Of a DNA stretch of 64,000 nucleotides, positions 1 to 12,759 are shown one piece after another. The first letter of the stretch is position 1; the number at the start of each line of letters is the position of its first letter. The notes below the pieces were generated by a model. The model was not told where the DNA came from and made no database searches. It saw only the letters and a list, made by a program, of their open reading frames with translations. Position numbers and translations under genes: made by a program. The stretch is from Eledone cirrhosa (Eukaryota): assembly GCA_964016885.1 (NCBI GenBank), contig OZ024753.1, positions 8,866,001 through 8,930,000 on the forward strand, in the 5' to 3' direction.

Positions 1-88
1 TGACTGTAGATTGTGAGTTGGAGATTGGCATTGTTTTTATCAGTTGTCATACACTTTGTTTTGGAGATGTTGATGCGTAAGCCAGGCT
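1..88 (-). pseudogene. LINE reverse-transcriptase fragment (post-YADD region)
   Basis: Minus strand translates as QPGLRINISKTKCMTTDKNN, matching the GLxINxxKTKxM motif that follows the catalytic YADD in non-LTR RTs. Truncated by the window edge and by the 30-bp array. Confidence 0.6.
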
Positions 89-420
89 GGTCTTGATCTC
101 CGCTTTTTAAACTCTGCTGGTCTTGATCTCCGCTTTTTAAACTCTGCTGGTCTTGATCTCCGCTTTTTAAACTCTGCTGGTCTTGATCTCCGCTTTTTAA
201 ACTCTGCTGGTCTTGATCTCCGCTTTTTAAACTCTGCTGGTCTTGATCTCCGCTTTTTAAACTCTGCTGGTCTTGATCTCCGCTTTTTAAACTCTGCTGG
301 TCTTGATCTCCGCTTTTTAAACTCTGCTGGTCTTGATCTCCACTTTTTAAACTCTGCTGGTCTTGATCTCCACTTTTTAAACTCTGCTGGTCTTGATCTC
401 CGCTTTTTAAACTCTGCTGC
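86..420. repeat. 30-bp tandem repeat, 11 copies (GCTGGTCTTGATCTCCGCTTTTTAAACTCT)
   Basis: TCTTGATCTC recurs exactly every 30 nt from 91 to 391. Copies 9-10 share a G>A variant. There are no spacers. Confidence 0.97.
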
Positions 421-1290
421 TGGTGATCAAACTTTGTGGAGAAGAATATCTCATGTTAATGTACAGTCTGCAACTGGCGGCGTTTAGCGTGAAAGTAAGA
501 ATTACAGGTATTGGAAATGACATAGGTAGAAACACGTCGATTCTGTAATAGATTTTCGATTGGAAATGATAGGCTAAAAGTGTGTGTGAAGGATTTAGAG
601 AGAATAAGAAATATGAATTGACAGCTATTCTGTCACACTGGACTTATGACCATCACAGGTGACCATCAAATGATTATGTGGCTATCACACATTCAGAGAA
701 CACAAAAACACTGTCTACTCACTGTGTTAAACTCAACGGAGGCTTCATGCTGTGTTCAAATTACATTTCTTTTAGACAAGATAAAAAGAAAATGCCACTG
801 TAACTTACTCAAGTAAGCCACAATAAGATTAAAATTCTGAATGCAATGAGTTAGAAGAAATACGACAAAGTATCTCATCTTATACAAATTTTACTAATCC
901 ATCACCATGGACTGACATTGCATTTGACAGAATAAAAAGCAAACTTGACCTTATTTAAACTAAAATAGTAGAGAGCCAGGAACAGTACTACAAGATAATT
1001 TATCCTGCAATAGAATAAAGTACTTATCATATAACAAATATATAAGATTAAATAAAAGTACAAGCATTCAATCAATTAAATAATGCTAGGAACTTTATAA
1101 GTAAAATACACAAAATTATATAACATAGAAATGGAAGCTTTCACCATATTTTTTACTAAAGAAATTTTAGCCTGATAAACCCTACTATCAGGATAAAATT
1201 TATTTAGTCAAAAATACAGCGAAAGCTTCTATTTCTATTTTCAAACTCGCTCGCTGTTTCAAAACGAACTTGCTTGTCACAAAAATATAT

Positions 1291-1481
1291 AATTGTCTCT
1301 ACTTTTGGCACAAGGCCAGCAATTATCCCAGTGTATTACTGGTACTTTATTTTATCGACCCATGTAAGGATGAAAGGCAAAGTTAACCTCGGCGGGATTT
1401 GAACTCAGATCATAAAGGGCCGTAACTCTTTGCTGGAAAGCATGGCGTCTGACCCTCTACCGATACTGCCAATCCACTGCC
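1291..1481 (-). mobile_element. tRNA-derived SINE, family A (GCCTTTCATCC...GTCGATAAAATAAAGTACCAG core, Meta-domain-like)
   Basis: Minus strand has an A box (TGGCAGTATCGG) and B box (GAGTTCAAATCC), with a 16-bp TSD CACAAAAATATATAAT at 1278 and 1481. More than 12 related copies occur in the window, e.g. 5952-6140, 14635-15120, 29115-29437, 32918-33097, 37289-37660, 43747-43933, 60198-60315, 60605-60722. Confidence 0.9.
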
Positions 1482-1504
1482 ACAAAAATATATAATAATA
1501 TATA

Positions 1505-1880
1505 TTTTGTCATGTCACCAGCACAAACTTCTTACAGTGTGAACTGGGTCCTTTTTGCCATGTCACTAGCATGAACTCCTTACAGTGTGGACTGGGTACT
1601 TTTCGTCATGTCACCAGCGCAAACTTCTAACAGTGTGGATTGGGTGCTTTTTGTCATGTCACCAGCATGAAAACCTTATAGTGTAGACTGGGTGATTTTT
1701 GTCAAATCACCAACACGACCACCTTATAGTGTGGACTGGACGATTTTCGTTGTGACACTAACACAACCATATTACTGAGTGGACTGGGTGATTTTTCTTG
1801 TGTCACTAACACAACCGCATTAGTGTATGGACTGGGCGATTATTGTCGTGTCACCAACAAGACCACTTTACAGTGTGGAC
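1505..1880. repeat. ~39-bp degenerate minisatellite (CAGTGTGGACTGGGTG...TGTCACCAGCA), SINE-internal type
   Basis: About 9-10 diverged units. The same unit occurs at 30775-31400, 49025-49345 and 49900-50160, and as 1-2 copies inside RTE-tailed SINEs. Confidence 0.85.
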
Positions 1881-2268
1881 AAGGATGCATGAAATGCAAA
1901 CACAAATCAAATCAAACATGTAGTTTTAGTACATATATATATATATATAGATGCATGTAGATATAAAACCCAAAATATTTTATTTTTTCAATAAAAGGAA
2001 AATGTGATAATATCACGTAAAGAATAATTTATATTCCAAGACGAATCTTTTACTATTTACATTTAAGTCTATATATAGATATTGTGTTTTAGATTTACTT
2101 TTTTGGGTAATCATCATCGCCATCATTCATCATTACCATCATAAACATTATTATTATTATTTTGTTAATTTTTTATCCATAATTTCTGTTCTTTTGTTGT
2201 TCTTGGGGGGAAACTCAAAGTAGTCTATATAGAAGGGATTTGATAAAGTAGTTAGAAATCAGGATTAA

Positions 2269-2316
<48 letters not shown>

Positions 2317-3022
2317 TCGTTTGATCTTTGACTGATCTTTGACTGATCTTTTCACATTGGAAACCTTTTTTTTTTTACCATGGTTGGCATAGTAAGGGTA
2401 TGGAATAGATTTGGCAGAAGATATATCATGATTATTGAAATGAAAAAATGTAAATAACATCAAAATAATATATATATATATATATACGTACACATACACA
2501 CACAAATATGTGTATTTGAATGTGTATATAACTGTGTATGTATATATATATATATACATATGTATGTGTGTGTATATAAATATGTGTATATATATACATA
2601 CATATATGGGTGTGTGCGTATGTATATATGTATATATACACACATGTATATATATATACATACATATATATATATATACCCACACACACATACAATCTAT
2701 TCATTAGGGTTAGATAAATAAAGTGAATTCTCGTTACTAATCTTTGATATAGATAGCTGCTGGGAAGATGGGGAGAGATAAATAAAAAATGAGATATAAA
2801 ATATAATTTTTTTTTTAAATTGAACTTAACCGAAATAAGTAACTTAAAGATCATTCTTTAAAAAAATACCAATAAACAATAACAACAAAAATGATAATAA
2901 TAATAATAATAATAACTGTTTCTACTTTTGGCACAAGGCCAGCAATTACCCATTGCATTACTGCTACTTTATTTTATTGACCCCGTAAGGATGAAAGGCA
3001 AAGTTAACATCGGCGGGATTTA

Positions 3023-3557
3023 TGGCATTTATGCAAACTAAATATTTTACCACATTCTGAGAAGTGGTATGAGCATAAGCCAGAGTTGGTGATAGAAAAC
3101 GATCAAGTGAAGGTGCTATGGGATTTTAGGATACAGACGGACAAGAAATTAGAACACAATAGGCCTGACCTGGTGGTTTTGAACAAGGAAAAAAGATTGT
3201 GCCTGATTGTAGATGTAGCCTTCCCATTTGACACGAGAGTGCAAGAAAATTAAACGATACCAGGATTTAAAGTGGGAGTTAAAAAGGATTTGGAACTGCC
3301 ATGAAATCAAGGTCATCCCGATTGTCATAGGAGCACTAGGTACTATCTCAAAGAGTTTCCAAGGGTGGTTAAAGAAGATTAGTCTAGCCCCACTTTTTGG
3401 AACACTTCAAAAGGCATGCTTGCTGGGAACAGCAAGAACCCTCCGATACGTCCTGAATGTCTGAGGCTGCAAGTAGTGGCTTGATATTCATTTCAACAAA
3501 CTTTCCAGTTATATAACATCAATGACTGAGACTCAAAGAACAATAATAATAATAATG
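3023..3557 (+). mobile_element. R4/Dong-like non-LTR retrotransposon 3' fragment (restriction-like endonuclease) with (TAA)n end
   Basis: Translates as KWYEHKPELVIENDQVKVLWDFRIQTDKKLEHNRPDLVV..IVDVAFPFD, then after a frameshift KIKRYQDL..KVIPIVIGALGTI..LQKACLLGTARTLR. This is the RPD..D..K-type RLE C-terminus of R4-clade elements. It ends in AATAATAATAATAAT. Confidence 0.85.
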
Positions 3558-3952
3558 TCGATAATGATAAATAATTATCGACCAATATAAAACCCTTGAG
3601 TCGATAAGGGAAACATGACATAAGCTAAAGTCGATTAGCTATTCCTCAGGTCTTTTAACTGTTTCAGATATATATATTTTCTAATCAATATCTATTGAAA
3701 ATATTAAAGTGTGCTATAAATAACTTATCTTCTACTTAATAATCAGATATATTTTATCAATTTTATATATATAAATATAGTATATATATATATATATACA
3801 TATATGTATATATATATACATACATGTATATATATATACACATATATGTATATATATATATACATATATAGTATATATATATATACATATATGTAAATAG
3901 ATTTATATATGTGTGTGTGTATATATATATATTAATAAAAGGAATTCCAGCT

Positions 3953-4272
3953 TTGTCTGATGTACTCGTTTTATTTACAATCCTTTAAAATTATGATATT
4001 ATAATGAAATAGTATGGTAGAATATTAAATGTTAAGTGTTAATGGAACATTCATGCTTTCGCAATCTTCCGTTTCATATTCTGCGGTGACAGTCAAAATT
4101 GCAGTTGAAAATTGCAAATTTGACTGTCACCACAGAATATGAAACTGAAGATTGCGAAAGCATGAAAGTACTTGTTCAATTAACACTTAACATTTAATAT
4201 TCTACCATACTATTTCATTATAATATCATTATAATTTTAAAGGATTGTAAATAAAACCAGTAAATCAGACAA
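3953..4272. repeat. ~320-bp near-perfect fold-back palindrome
   Basis: Arms of ~155 bp (TTGTCTGA...GTCAAAATTGCAGTT and AATTGCAAATTTGAC...TCAGACAA) surround a ~3-nt loop near 4108. It lies between (TA)n tracts. Confidence 0.92.
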
Positions 4273-4309
4273 TCATACACACCCGTGTATATTTATTTAT
4301 ATATATATA

Positions 4310-4370
<61 letters not shown>

Positions 4371-4796
4371 TTGTGAATGTATGTATGTAGTGTGTCAGCT
4401 TCTGCAAGTCTCCATTCTCTCTCTCTCCCATGCTTGCAAAATTACAGTTTCTCTTGTTGGCGGTTTCTTTTTATTATCTAATAACTTTTTAAACAAGATG
4501 AAACTTAACAATGTTTCTTTTTGTAGGAATTTCGTTGAAACATTGTTATTGAGATATCTGCAAGAGGGGAAGAAATCCATCATAATTGGGATGAAAGAAA
4601 AAATTAAATTTATTGAAATATTTCTAAAGAATCTTTACAGGAAACATTTAGCTAAATCCTATTTCTATTCTATCATAAGTTGGGCCAACTTATGCAGCTT
4701 CATATGCAAACGAGATTAATCACCTCATTTACACAGACGGGAAAACTGTATATTCTCGACTGTTCTCAAGTCCAGCAGTTGCAGGTGTGGGAGCGA

Positions 4797-4838
4797 TCTT
4801 CTTGATGAAGACCAGTCAAGTCTGAAATGCATAGACGG
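4797..4838 (+). ncRNA. Degenerate minimal hammerhead ribozyme motif (Penelope pLTR type)
   Basis: TCTTC-TTGATGA-AGAC(CAGTCAA)GTCT-GAAA-TGCA-TA-GACGG gives a core, a paired stem II and a palindromic stem III (ATGCAT). It lies inside a segment bounded by a 17-bp inverted repeat (4634-4650 / 4903-4919). Confidence 0.5.
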
Positions 4839-5172
4839 TTGCCCCCCCCCCCCCTTGCTTCTGCTGGACACCACCAGGGGCATTAGCCCAGCTACGGCTT
4901 CTTAAATGTTTCCTGTAAACATACTGTGTTTCTTTAGAAATACGAAATTTCTATACATATCTGGTAGCACTATGCTTGAAACTAAATCCTATTTCTATTT
5001 TATTAAAATATAATTTCTTTTATGGCTGTAAAAATTAAATTTTGAATTACATAAAAATAATAAAGAATTTAATTTAGTTAAATATAAAGAAAAAGACAAA
5101 GACTATATATGAGGGGAAAATGAGGGAAAGGGCAAGGCTTCTTAACCCTTTAGCTTTTACATTACTCTATAT

Positions 5173-5465
5173 CAGGCATGGGCAACCTTTTTGGGGAAGC
5201 TGGCCACATGAGATATGGCTCATCATCAGGCGGGCCACAAGTGCTAATTTACATTCGTGCCCACATTAAAAACAAAGGACAGTAACTCAGGTTGTTTTGA
5301 TTTGCTTCTTCAGAATTTGTACACATTGTTTTCCTCGATCGTAAAAATGATAGAAAGATAAATTACGAATTGAAAAGTTGGGGTAAAACAATCAGAAAGA
5401 TTTCACTTAGGTGACTTAGGGGAACCATTCAGAAAGCTTCGTGGGCTGCAGGTTGGCCATGACTG
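5173..5465. mobile_element. hAT-type MITE
   Basis: TIRs CAGGCATGGGCAACC / GGTTGGCCATGACTG with a perfect 8-bp TSD CTCTATAT (5165-5172, 5466-5473). It is nested in a piggyBac-type MITE starting at TTAACCCTTTAG (5142). Confidence 0.88.
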
Positions 5466-5647
5466 CTCTATATCTACTGTTGTATTTTTGTGGTAAAAGC
5501 TTTATCTCACATCTCGAATCTATGAGATTTTGATGTTATTTATTTTGAGAACAATACCTTAACATCAGTATGAGTGGCCAGTTACAGCCAGGTATACAAT
5601 GGTTCTGATATTTGGAAGTGTGAACTTTATATTTCAGAGAGTTTTTT

Positions 5648-5823
5648 TTAACCTTTTAGCATTTAAACTGGTAATATCCATCCAGAGTTTTCTGACCTTT
5701 TTCTGTTCAAAATAGCTGTAACTGGCTGCTCATACGTATGAGCAACCAGTTACAGCCAGTTTGAACAGAAAGAGGTGAGAGAATTCTGGCCGGATACGGT
5801 CGGTTGAAATACTAAAGGGTTAA
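5648..5823. mobile_element. piggyBac-type MITE derivative (two head-to-head left halves)
   Basis: TTAA|CCTTTTAGCATTTAAAC...ACTAAAGGG|TTAA. The internal halves are inverted copies of the same segment seen in 26780-26997. Confidence 0.7.
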
Positions 5824-6309
5824 GCAACAAAAAAAAAAGGGGGAAAGGAGAGGGTAACAGTCTCTACACCTAAGTCGGAGTGGTGTTTCTTTTCAAAAAA
5901 GCTGAATTTTAGGAGGAAAAATTACAATATTAAAAAAGTTCCATTTTAAATAATTGTCTCTACTTTAGGCACAAGGCCAGTAATTACCCAGTGCATTACT
6001 GGTACTTTATTTTATCGACCCCGTAAGGATGAAAGGCAAAGTCAACCTCGGCGGGATTTGAACTCAGATCGTAAAGGGACGTAACTATGCTGGAAAGCAT
6101 GGCGTCCGACCCTCTACTGATACTGCCAATCCACCGCCCTTATTTAAAAGAATCTATGCTCATAAACAGGCGAACATTTTTCATCAATTATCATTTGACA
6201 ATAAAAAAGTCAACTTGGTCCAGATGAAAGAAATTGTGAGAATAGACGGCAGAAAGGGTAAGATAAGTTAATGGGGCCACTTGAGTTAATAACAGTTCAA
6301 AACTATATA

Positions 6310-6459
6310 CCATATTTCCTGGCGCTGAAGACGCACCCTAATTTTGACAACCAAGAAAAAAAAAATAATAATAAACAACCTTTGGCCTCCAGGACTCATG
6401 GTAAATTTTTGAGACTTATTTTAGGAAAAAAGTAGCATCTTCGATGCCGAGAAATACGG
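6310..6459. mobile_element. Tc1/mariner (pogo/Tigger-like) MITE
   Basis: TA|CCATATTTCCTGGCGCTGAAGACGC ... GCATCTTCGATGCCGAGAAATACGG|TA. A second copy lies at 32446-32607. Confidence 0.75.
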
Positions 6460-6540
6460 TATGTATAAACAGTTTCTTATTGATGTGAATTGGTGAAGAG
6501 CTGACACAAATACTCAGGTAGAGAAAGCTTTGAGAAGAAA

Positions 6541-6611
6541 ACTAGAAAACCCATGACCTGTTGGGTCACATTCACTTAAAAATATTTTTCTAAAATCATG
6601 TTCACTTAAAA
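6541..6611 (-). mobile_element. Helitron-like 3' terminus
   Basis: Minus strand has a TGACCCAACAGGTCA hairpin followed by CTAG|T. A homologous terminus is on the plus strand at 40943-41012. Confidence 0.55.
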
Positions 6612-6889
6612 ATACAGACATGTATATAATGTAAAATGAAATTGGACGGTCCATGTACATATATGTTATAATTTCATTCAACAACACCACCAGATCTCTC
6701 TCTCTTCCATTTTCCTTCTCTGTCTGCTTCTCTCTCTCTCTCTTGCGCTCTCTCTCTTGCTCTCTCTCTTTCGCTCTCACAACCACTATCTCTTTCACTC
6801 TATCTTTATGAAGGTACTCAGAAAAACCCTGTATCTCGGGAACCCATGCTCCGTTTTAGTCGAAACTTGTTTTATTCTATTTGTATTCC

Positions 6890-7237
6890 ATACTATTGGC
6901 TAGCAATACATACATAATATTAGCTAGCAACACATACATACTATTGGATAGCAATATATACATACTATTGGCTAACAACACATATATACTATTGGCTAGC
7001 AACACATACTATTAGCTAGCAACAGATATATACTATTATCTAACAACACCTATATACTATTAGCTAGCAACAGAAACATACTATTAGCTAACAACACATA
7101 CTATTATCTAACAACAGATATATACTATTATCTAACAGCACATATATACTATTAGCTAGCAACAGACACATGCTATTACCTAACAACACATATATACTAT
7201 TACCTAACAACACATATATACTATTATCTAACAACAC
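6890..7237. repeat. ~25-bp degenerate minisatellite (ACATATATACTATTAGCTAGCAAC)
   Basis: About 14 diverged units, interrupted by an RTE-tailed SINE (7238-7555) and resuming at 7560. Confidence 0.85.
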
Positions 7238-8204
7238 ATCATCATCATCATCATCATCATCGTTTAACGTCCATCTTCCACGCTTGCATGGGTTTGGACG
7301 GGAGTTTTCCCACTTGAGGCAAAAGTGGTTGTCTTGTTCGCATAGGACTGTCTGGCAGGTTTTCTACGGCTGGATGCCCTTCCTAACACCAACCACGTTT
7401 ACAGTGTGGAACTGGGAGGTTTTTACCGTGTTACCTACACGGCCACATTACAGCGTGGACTGTGTGTTTTTTTGTCGTGACACCTAAACGACCTCATTTG
7501 TTTCAGACTGGATGTTGTGGTACCAACATAACTTTACATTGAAAGGGGTGGTGTATACTCATATCTAACAACACATATTATTAGCTAACAACAAATATAT
7601 ACTATTATCTTACAGATATATACTATTTTCCAGTAAAGAACCTGTATATCTCTACATATATCATCATAAATTTATAACATATCCTCCAGTCAGGACCTTT
7701 TACTCAATCTCTTCACATCTCTCCAACTTTAAAGATCATTTAATTTTTTTTTTAGAGATTATTAATTTTCATTAGTTCAAGTCTCAGGTCAACCGTTCCA
7801 TGCCTCCATCATCATTTATTTTTTCTATTTCTATATTCTGATTGTTGTTGATGTTGTTTCTTCCCCATTAATCTATCATTTCAGTTTTCTTTAAATAACA
7901 ATATATCTTCCTCTCTAATTACCTCTATGTGTTGATTGCTTCTTTTGTCTATGTTATTTCAAACATATTAAGTACGTAACATAAGTTTGTTCAAGCAATA
8001 CAACACAACATAACTAAATGAAATTTATAATAACTTAGGGCAAGAGGAGAAAATTTCTTTGCAAAGTCTAATTTCCGGAGAAAATATAAATATAAAATAT
8101 AAATATTGGGAAAGAAAACGAAAAATAACTTGTATTATTAAATCTGTCTTGCTTTCCCCATATTTAACTGCTACAAATAAATAAACAACATAAAAAATAA
8201 CAAC

Positions 8205-8239
<35 letters not shown>

Positions 8240-8917
8240 GGATGATTATTTTATTTACTTTATTGTGTGTATATATACATATATATATATATATATGTAT
8301 TTATAAAATCAAGGAGAAAACTTAGAACAGTGATATTTTTACCAACTTCAAGACAGTGGTTCTGTTTTGTTGTTTTTATTTTTACTAATTTTTTTTTTGT
8401 CCTATCAGCATTTCTGAAAGAATGCATTCTCAACAGAAATTAATATTTATTGCCTATTTCTCTCCCCCTCTTCCTTCCCCTCTCACTCCCTCCATCTCCA
8501 TATCTCTCTCTCTCTCTCTTCCTTCCTCTCTCACTCCCTCCATCTCTCTCCTCTCCTCTCTCTGAAGATCAAGCAAAGTAAATACTTTGATATAACCATA
8601 AACCTCTATACACATACACACGCATACATATATACACATATACATATGTATGTATGTATTTATTTATGTATGTATGTATTTATGTATGGAGGTATAGAGT
8701 TATAAATGTATACAAGGAACAAAATAAATTTGTCTGTATGTATATAACAATCATATACTTATCTATATATATATAAATGTGTACATATGCATACCCATAT
8801 ATAGATGCATATATATATTTATGCATTTATGTATATACATATATATATATGTATATATATATGCATTTATATATTTATGCATATATATATATGCATTTAT
8901 GTATATATATATATATA

Positions 8918-8951
<34 letters not shown>

Positions 8952-9011
8952 TATATATATGCATATATATATATATATGCATATATATATATGCATATAT
9001 ATATATATATA

Positions 9012-9055
<44 letters not shown>

Positions 9056-9274
9056 CATGCTTCAAGGAAAGGTGTCATTAAATAAAATAATGCTGGCACA
9101 AATATTATATGTTTGTGCATGTGTGTGAATGTATGTGTGTGTGTATATAATATGTAATAAGATGGCCGACTGAATAAGCGTATGTATTTCATTCTCCCCA
9201 AATTTATTCTCATTTTCCCAGTTCCTTCCTCTCATCACTCTTTATTTTCTTTTTATCTTCTTTTTCTAACTCTA

Positions 9275-9310
9275 TCTTCTGATAAAGGACTAGTGTCCGA
9301 AACGTTAAGA
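9275..9310 (+). ncRNA. Minimal type-I hammerhead ribozyme motif (Penelope pLTR type)
   Basis: TCTT-CTGATAA-A-GGAC(TAGT)GTCC-GAAAC-GTT-AAGA: stem I TCTT/AAGA, perfect stem II and palindromic AACGTT stem III. The G8>A substitution probably impairs it. Confidence 0.55.
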
Positions 9311-9489
9311 CTCTCTTCCTGCTATTTCAAGCATTAAACTAATATATTTCATCCATGTACTGTGCCGTTTACTCTTTTACCCGTTTCCAGCCATCCAGCT
9401 GAGGCCATGCTGGGGCACTGCCCTTGTTGCTACACAATTTTGTTAATTTTGTCATTACTTTTACATATATATATATATATATATATATA

Positions 9490-9534
<45 letters not shown>

Positions 9535-9617
9535 TTTCATCATTCATCAGCATCATTTCATTTTACGTCCACTTTTCCCTGCTTGCAAGTTTCTGGGTTG
9601 ATTTCTACAGCTGGATG

Positions 9618-9679
<62 letters not shown>

Positions 9680-9814
9680 TGCTATTAAGTTAGACATGGC
9701 CAATACTGGCCAAAACCTATCAAAGTTATCAAAGATATATATATATATGTATATATATATACACACACACACATATATAGTGATAGAACACTGTTATATA
9801 CATACTGGTGTATA

Positions 9815-9848
<34 letters not shown>

Positions 9849-10299
9849 CATATATATATACAAATATGTGTATATGTATATATACATGTGTATATATATA
9901 TATATGTCTGTGTGTGTGTATATATCATCATCATCATCTTCGTTTAACGTCCATCTTCCACGCTAGCATGGGTTAGACGGGAGTTGTCCCACTTGAGGCA
10001 AGGCTGGTCGGGTGACCGTGTCTCGCTCGTATAGGACTATCTGGCAGGTTTTCTCTGGCTGGATGCCCTTCCTAACACCAACCACATTTACAGTGTGGAA
10101 CTGGAAACTTTTTACCTACATGGCCACATTACAGCATGGACTGTGTGTGTTTTTTTGTCGTGACACCTACACGATCTCCATCTCATTATCTCGTGCTGTT
10201 GGTGGCAGTGGGAGGATAGGGCTGGGGTAGTGGATTGGGGTGTATATTTGGTTAAGGGGTGCCTACTGACTGTAGGTTTCACTTTGTACATAGGCAAGG

Positions 10300-11622
10300 C
10301 GGGTCTTCTGTATTACTGCGTAGCACCAAAGGTCTCAGTCCAGAGACATTGTCTTAGAGAGGTGCAAGTGTGTAAGATCGGAATTTATCAGATCATCCCA
10401 GGTTTTTCTGGGTCTACCTACTCCGAAACTACCATCAATTTTGATCGCCCTGCACTTTTTTATACAGCTGTCGTCTTTCATGCGCATCACGTGGCCATAC
10501 CAACATAGTCTTCTCTCGAGTAAACAGCATCTGATTTCTCTTATTCCTAATTTCTCACTTAGTTCATTTATGCTTTGCCGTTCACGTATATTACTATTAC
10601 ACATCCAACGGAGCATGCATGATTCGTTTCTTTCCAGTCTGCGCAGGTCCTCTGCACGTAATGCCCAGGTCTCACTACCATGTAGCATTGCTGTTCGTAT
10701 ACAAGCATCATACAATCTGCCTTTCATTTTTAGAGAGAAACCTTTTGTGGCCAACAACAGTATAAGCTCTCTGAACTTTTTCCATCCCGTTCTGACTCTG
10801 GCTACTGTACTTTCAGAGTACCCTCCACCACTGCTTATTTTGTCACCCAGGTAATGGAAAGTGTCCACTATTTCTATAGAACCATCTAGGCAATAGGTAG
10901 CAAGTGTGGACACTTGCTACCTATTGCACCTGAGCATTGGCCACATATAAAGTCTACGTTCTTAGATAGTTTACCTGTGGTCCCACTACATCTTTTATGT
11001 ACCCATACTTTGCATTTGGGACATAAAATTGAATTTCTGCCTACTCCTCTCCTACACACTAAGCATGGCCATTTCCTTGAGGGTGCCTGTGCCTTATTTT
11101 CCTTTCTACAAACTAGGACTTTAGTCTTAGACAAATTAAATTTAAGTCATTTTGATTCTAGGTCAAGCTTCCATGTTTGAAATTTCTTCTCTAGTTCAGC
11201 CATTGATTCATCTGCGTATAGGAGTTCCCATGGGCAGCCCGTCTTGAACTCCTCTGTTATAGCCTGAAGGGCAATAATAAATAGTAGGGGGCTAAGGACA
11301 GAGCCTTGGTGAACACCAACTTTTACACTAAATACTTCACAATATTCATTGTTAATTCTAACCTTACTGACTGTTTCATTATACATAGCTTGTATAGCTC
11401 TCACAAGCCATTCATCTACACCTAGTTTTCTAAGAGCCTATCAGATAATGGAGCGGGGGACTCTGTCAAAGGCTTTCTCCAGGTCTACAAAAGCTAAGTA
11501 GAGGGGTTTACTTTTAGCTAGGTACTTTTCTTGTAGTTGTCGTATAAAGGAAAAGAGCGTCTATGGTACTTTTACATGACACAAACCCAAACTGCATTTC
11601 ATCTAGATCAATTTGCTCTCTG
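10300..11622 (-). pseudogene. RTE-clade LINE ORF fragment (RT + C-terminus), frameshifted
   Basis: ORF pieces: EMQFGF..STIDA, AFVDLEKAFDRVP, VKVGVHQGSVLSPLLF..LLYAD, FHYLGDKI, LHGSETWAL, RRLCWYGHVMRM, GRPRKTW. Several stops and indels. It also contains a Cys-rich insert (CLVC..CPKCKVWVHKRC). Confidence 0.92.
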
Positions 11623-11701
11623 ATTATATACATACATACATATATGCATATATATGAGTGTGTGTGTGTGTGTATATATATTATGTATATACACATATAT
11701 A

Positions 11702-11748
<47 letters not shown>

Positions 11749-12169
11749 CACTCACTGTAAATGAGGTTGGTGTTAGGAAGGGCATACAGCTGTAGAAATC
11801 AAGCCAGAATCAGTTCCTGTCCCACCCTTGCAAGCAGGGAAAAAGCGGATGTAAAATAAAATGAAATGAAAATGAATAAATATATATATATATATATATA
11901 TATAAACATCAACATGTATAATATAACATACAAGCATCTCTTAGAATCTGAATTATTCAGAATAAATGGGACAATTATCAGTAAAATTGATTTAATTAGG
12001 TTGAGGAAAGTCCAATAGGGCTTCTTATAATTACAACTGATTGGGAACCAATCAATCAAAGATCAAAGAATAGAATAATTTGGTCAGAAGCTCATCAAAT
12101 CTGTTCACATCTAACTTTGTTGTTGTATTTTGTATTTACTTATCTACTTGTATTTTTGTTTTATATTGC

Positions 12170-12170
12170 T

Positions 12171-12214
<44 letters not shown>

Positions 12215-12509
12215 GTGTGTGTGTGTGTGTGTGTGCGTGTGTGTGTGTGTGTGTGTGTATATATGTGTGTGTATGTGTGTGTGTATATCTATATGTATGT
12301 GTGTGTATATGTATATATGTATGTTTGTGTGTATATGTATATATATATACGTGTGTGTATATGTATATATATATGTGTGTGTATATGTATGTATATATAT
12401 ATGTGTGTGTGTATATGTATGTATATATATGTGTGTGTCTACATATGTATGTATATATATATATATGTGTGTGTGTGTATATGTATATATATGTGTGTGT
12501 GTGTGTATG

Positions 12510-12558
<49 letters not shown>

Positions 12559-12615
12559 GTGTGCGCGTGTGTATGTATGTATATATATATGTGTGTGCGT
12601 GTGTATGTATGTATG

Positions 12616-12646
<31 letters not shown>

Positions 12647-12693
12647 ATATATGTGTGTATATGTATATATATGTGACTATGTGTGTGCATGTG

Positions 12694-12759
<66 letters not shown>

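Noticed and set aside
86-420. 30-bp repeats as a CRISPR array (likewise the 39-bp and 44-bp arrays)
   Set aside because: Units are contiguous with no unique spacers, there are no cas genes, and the context is eukaryotic.
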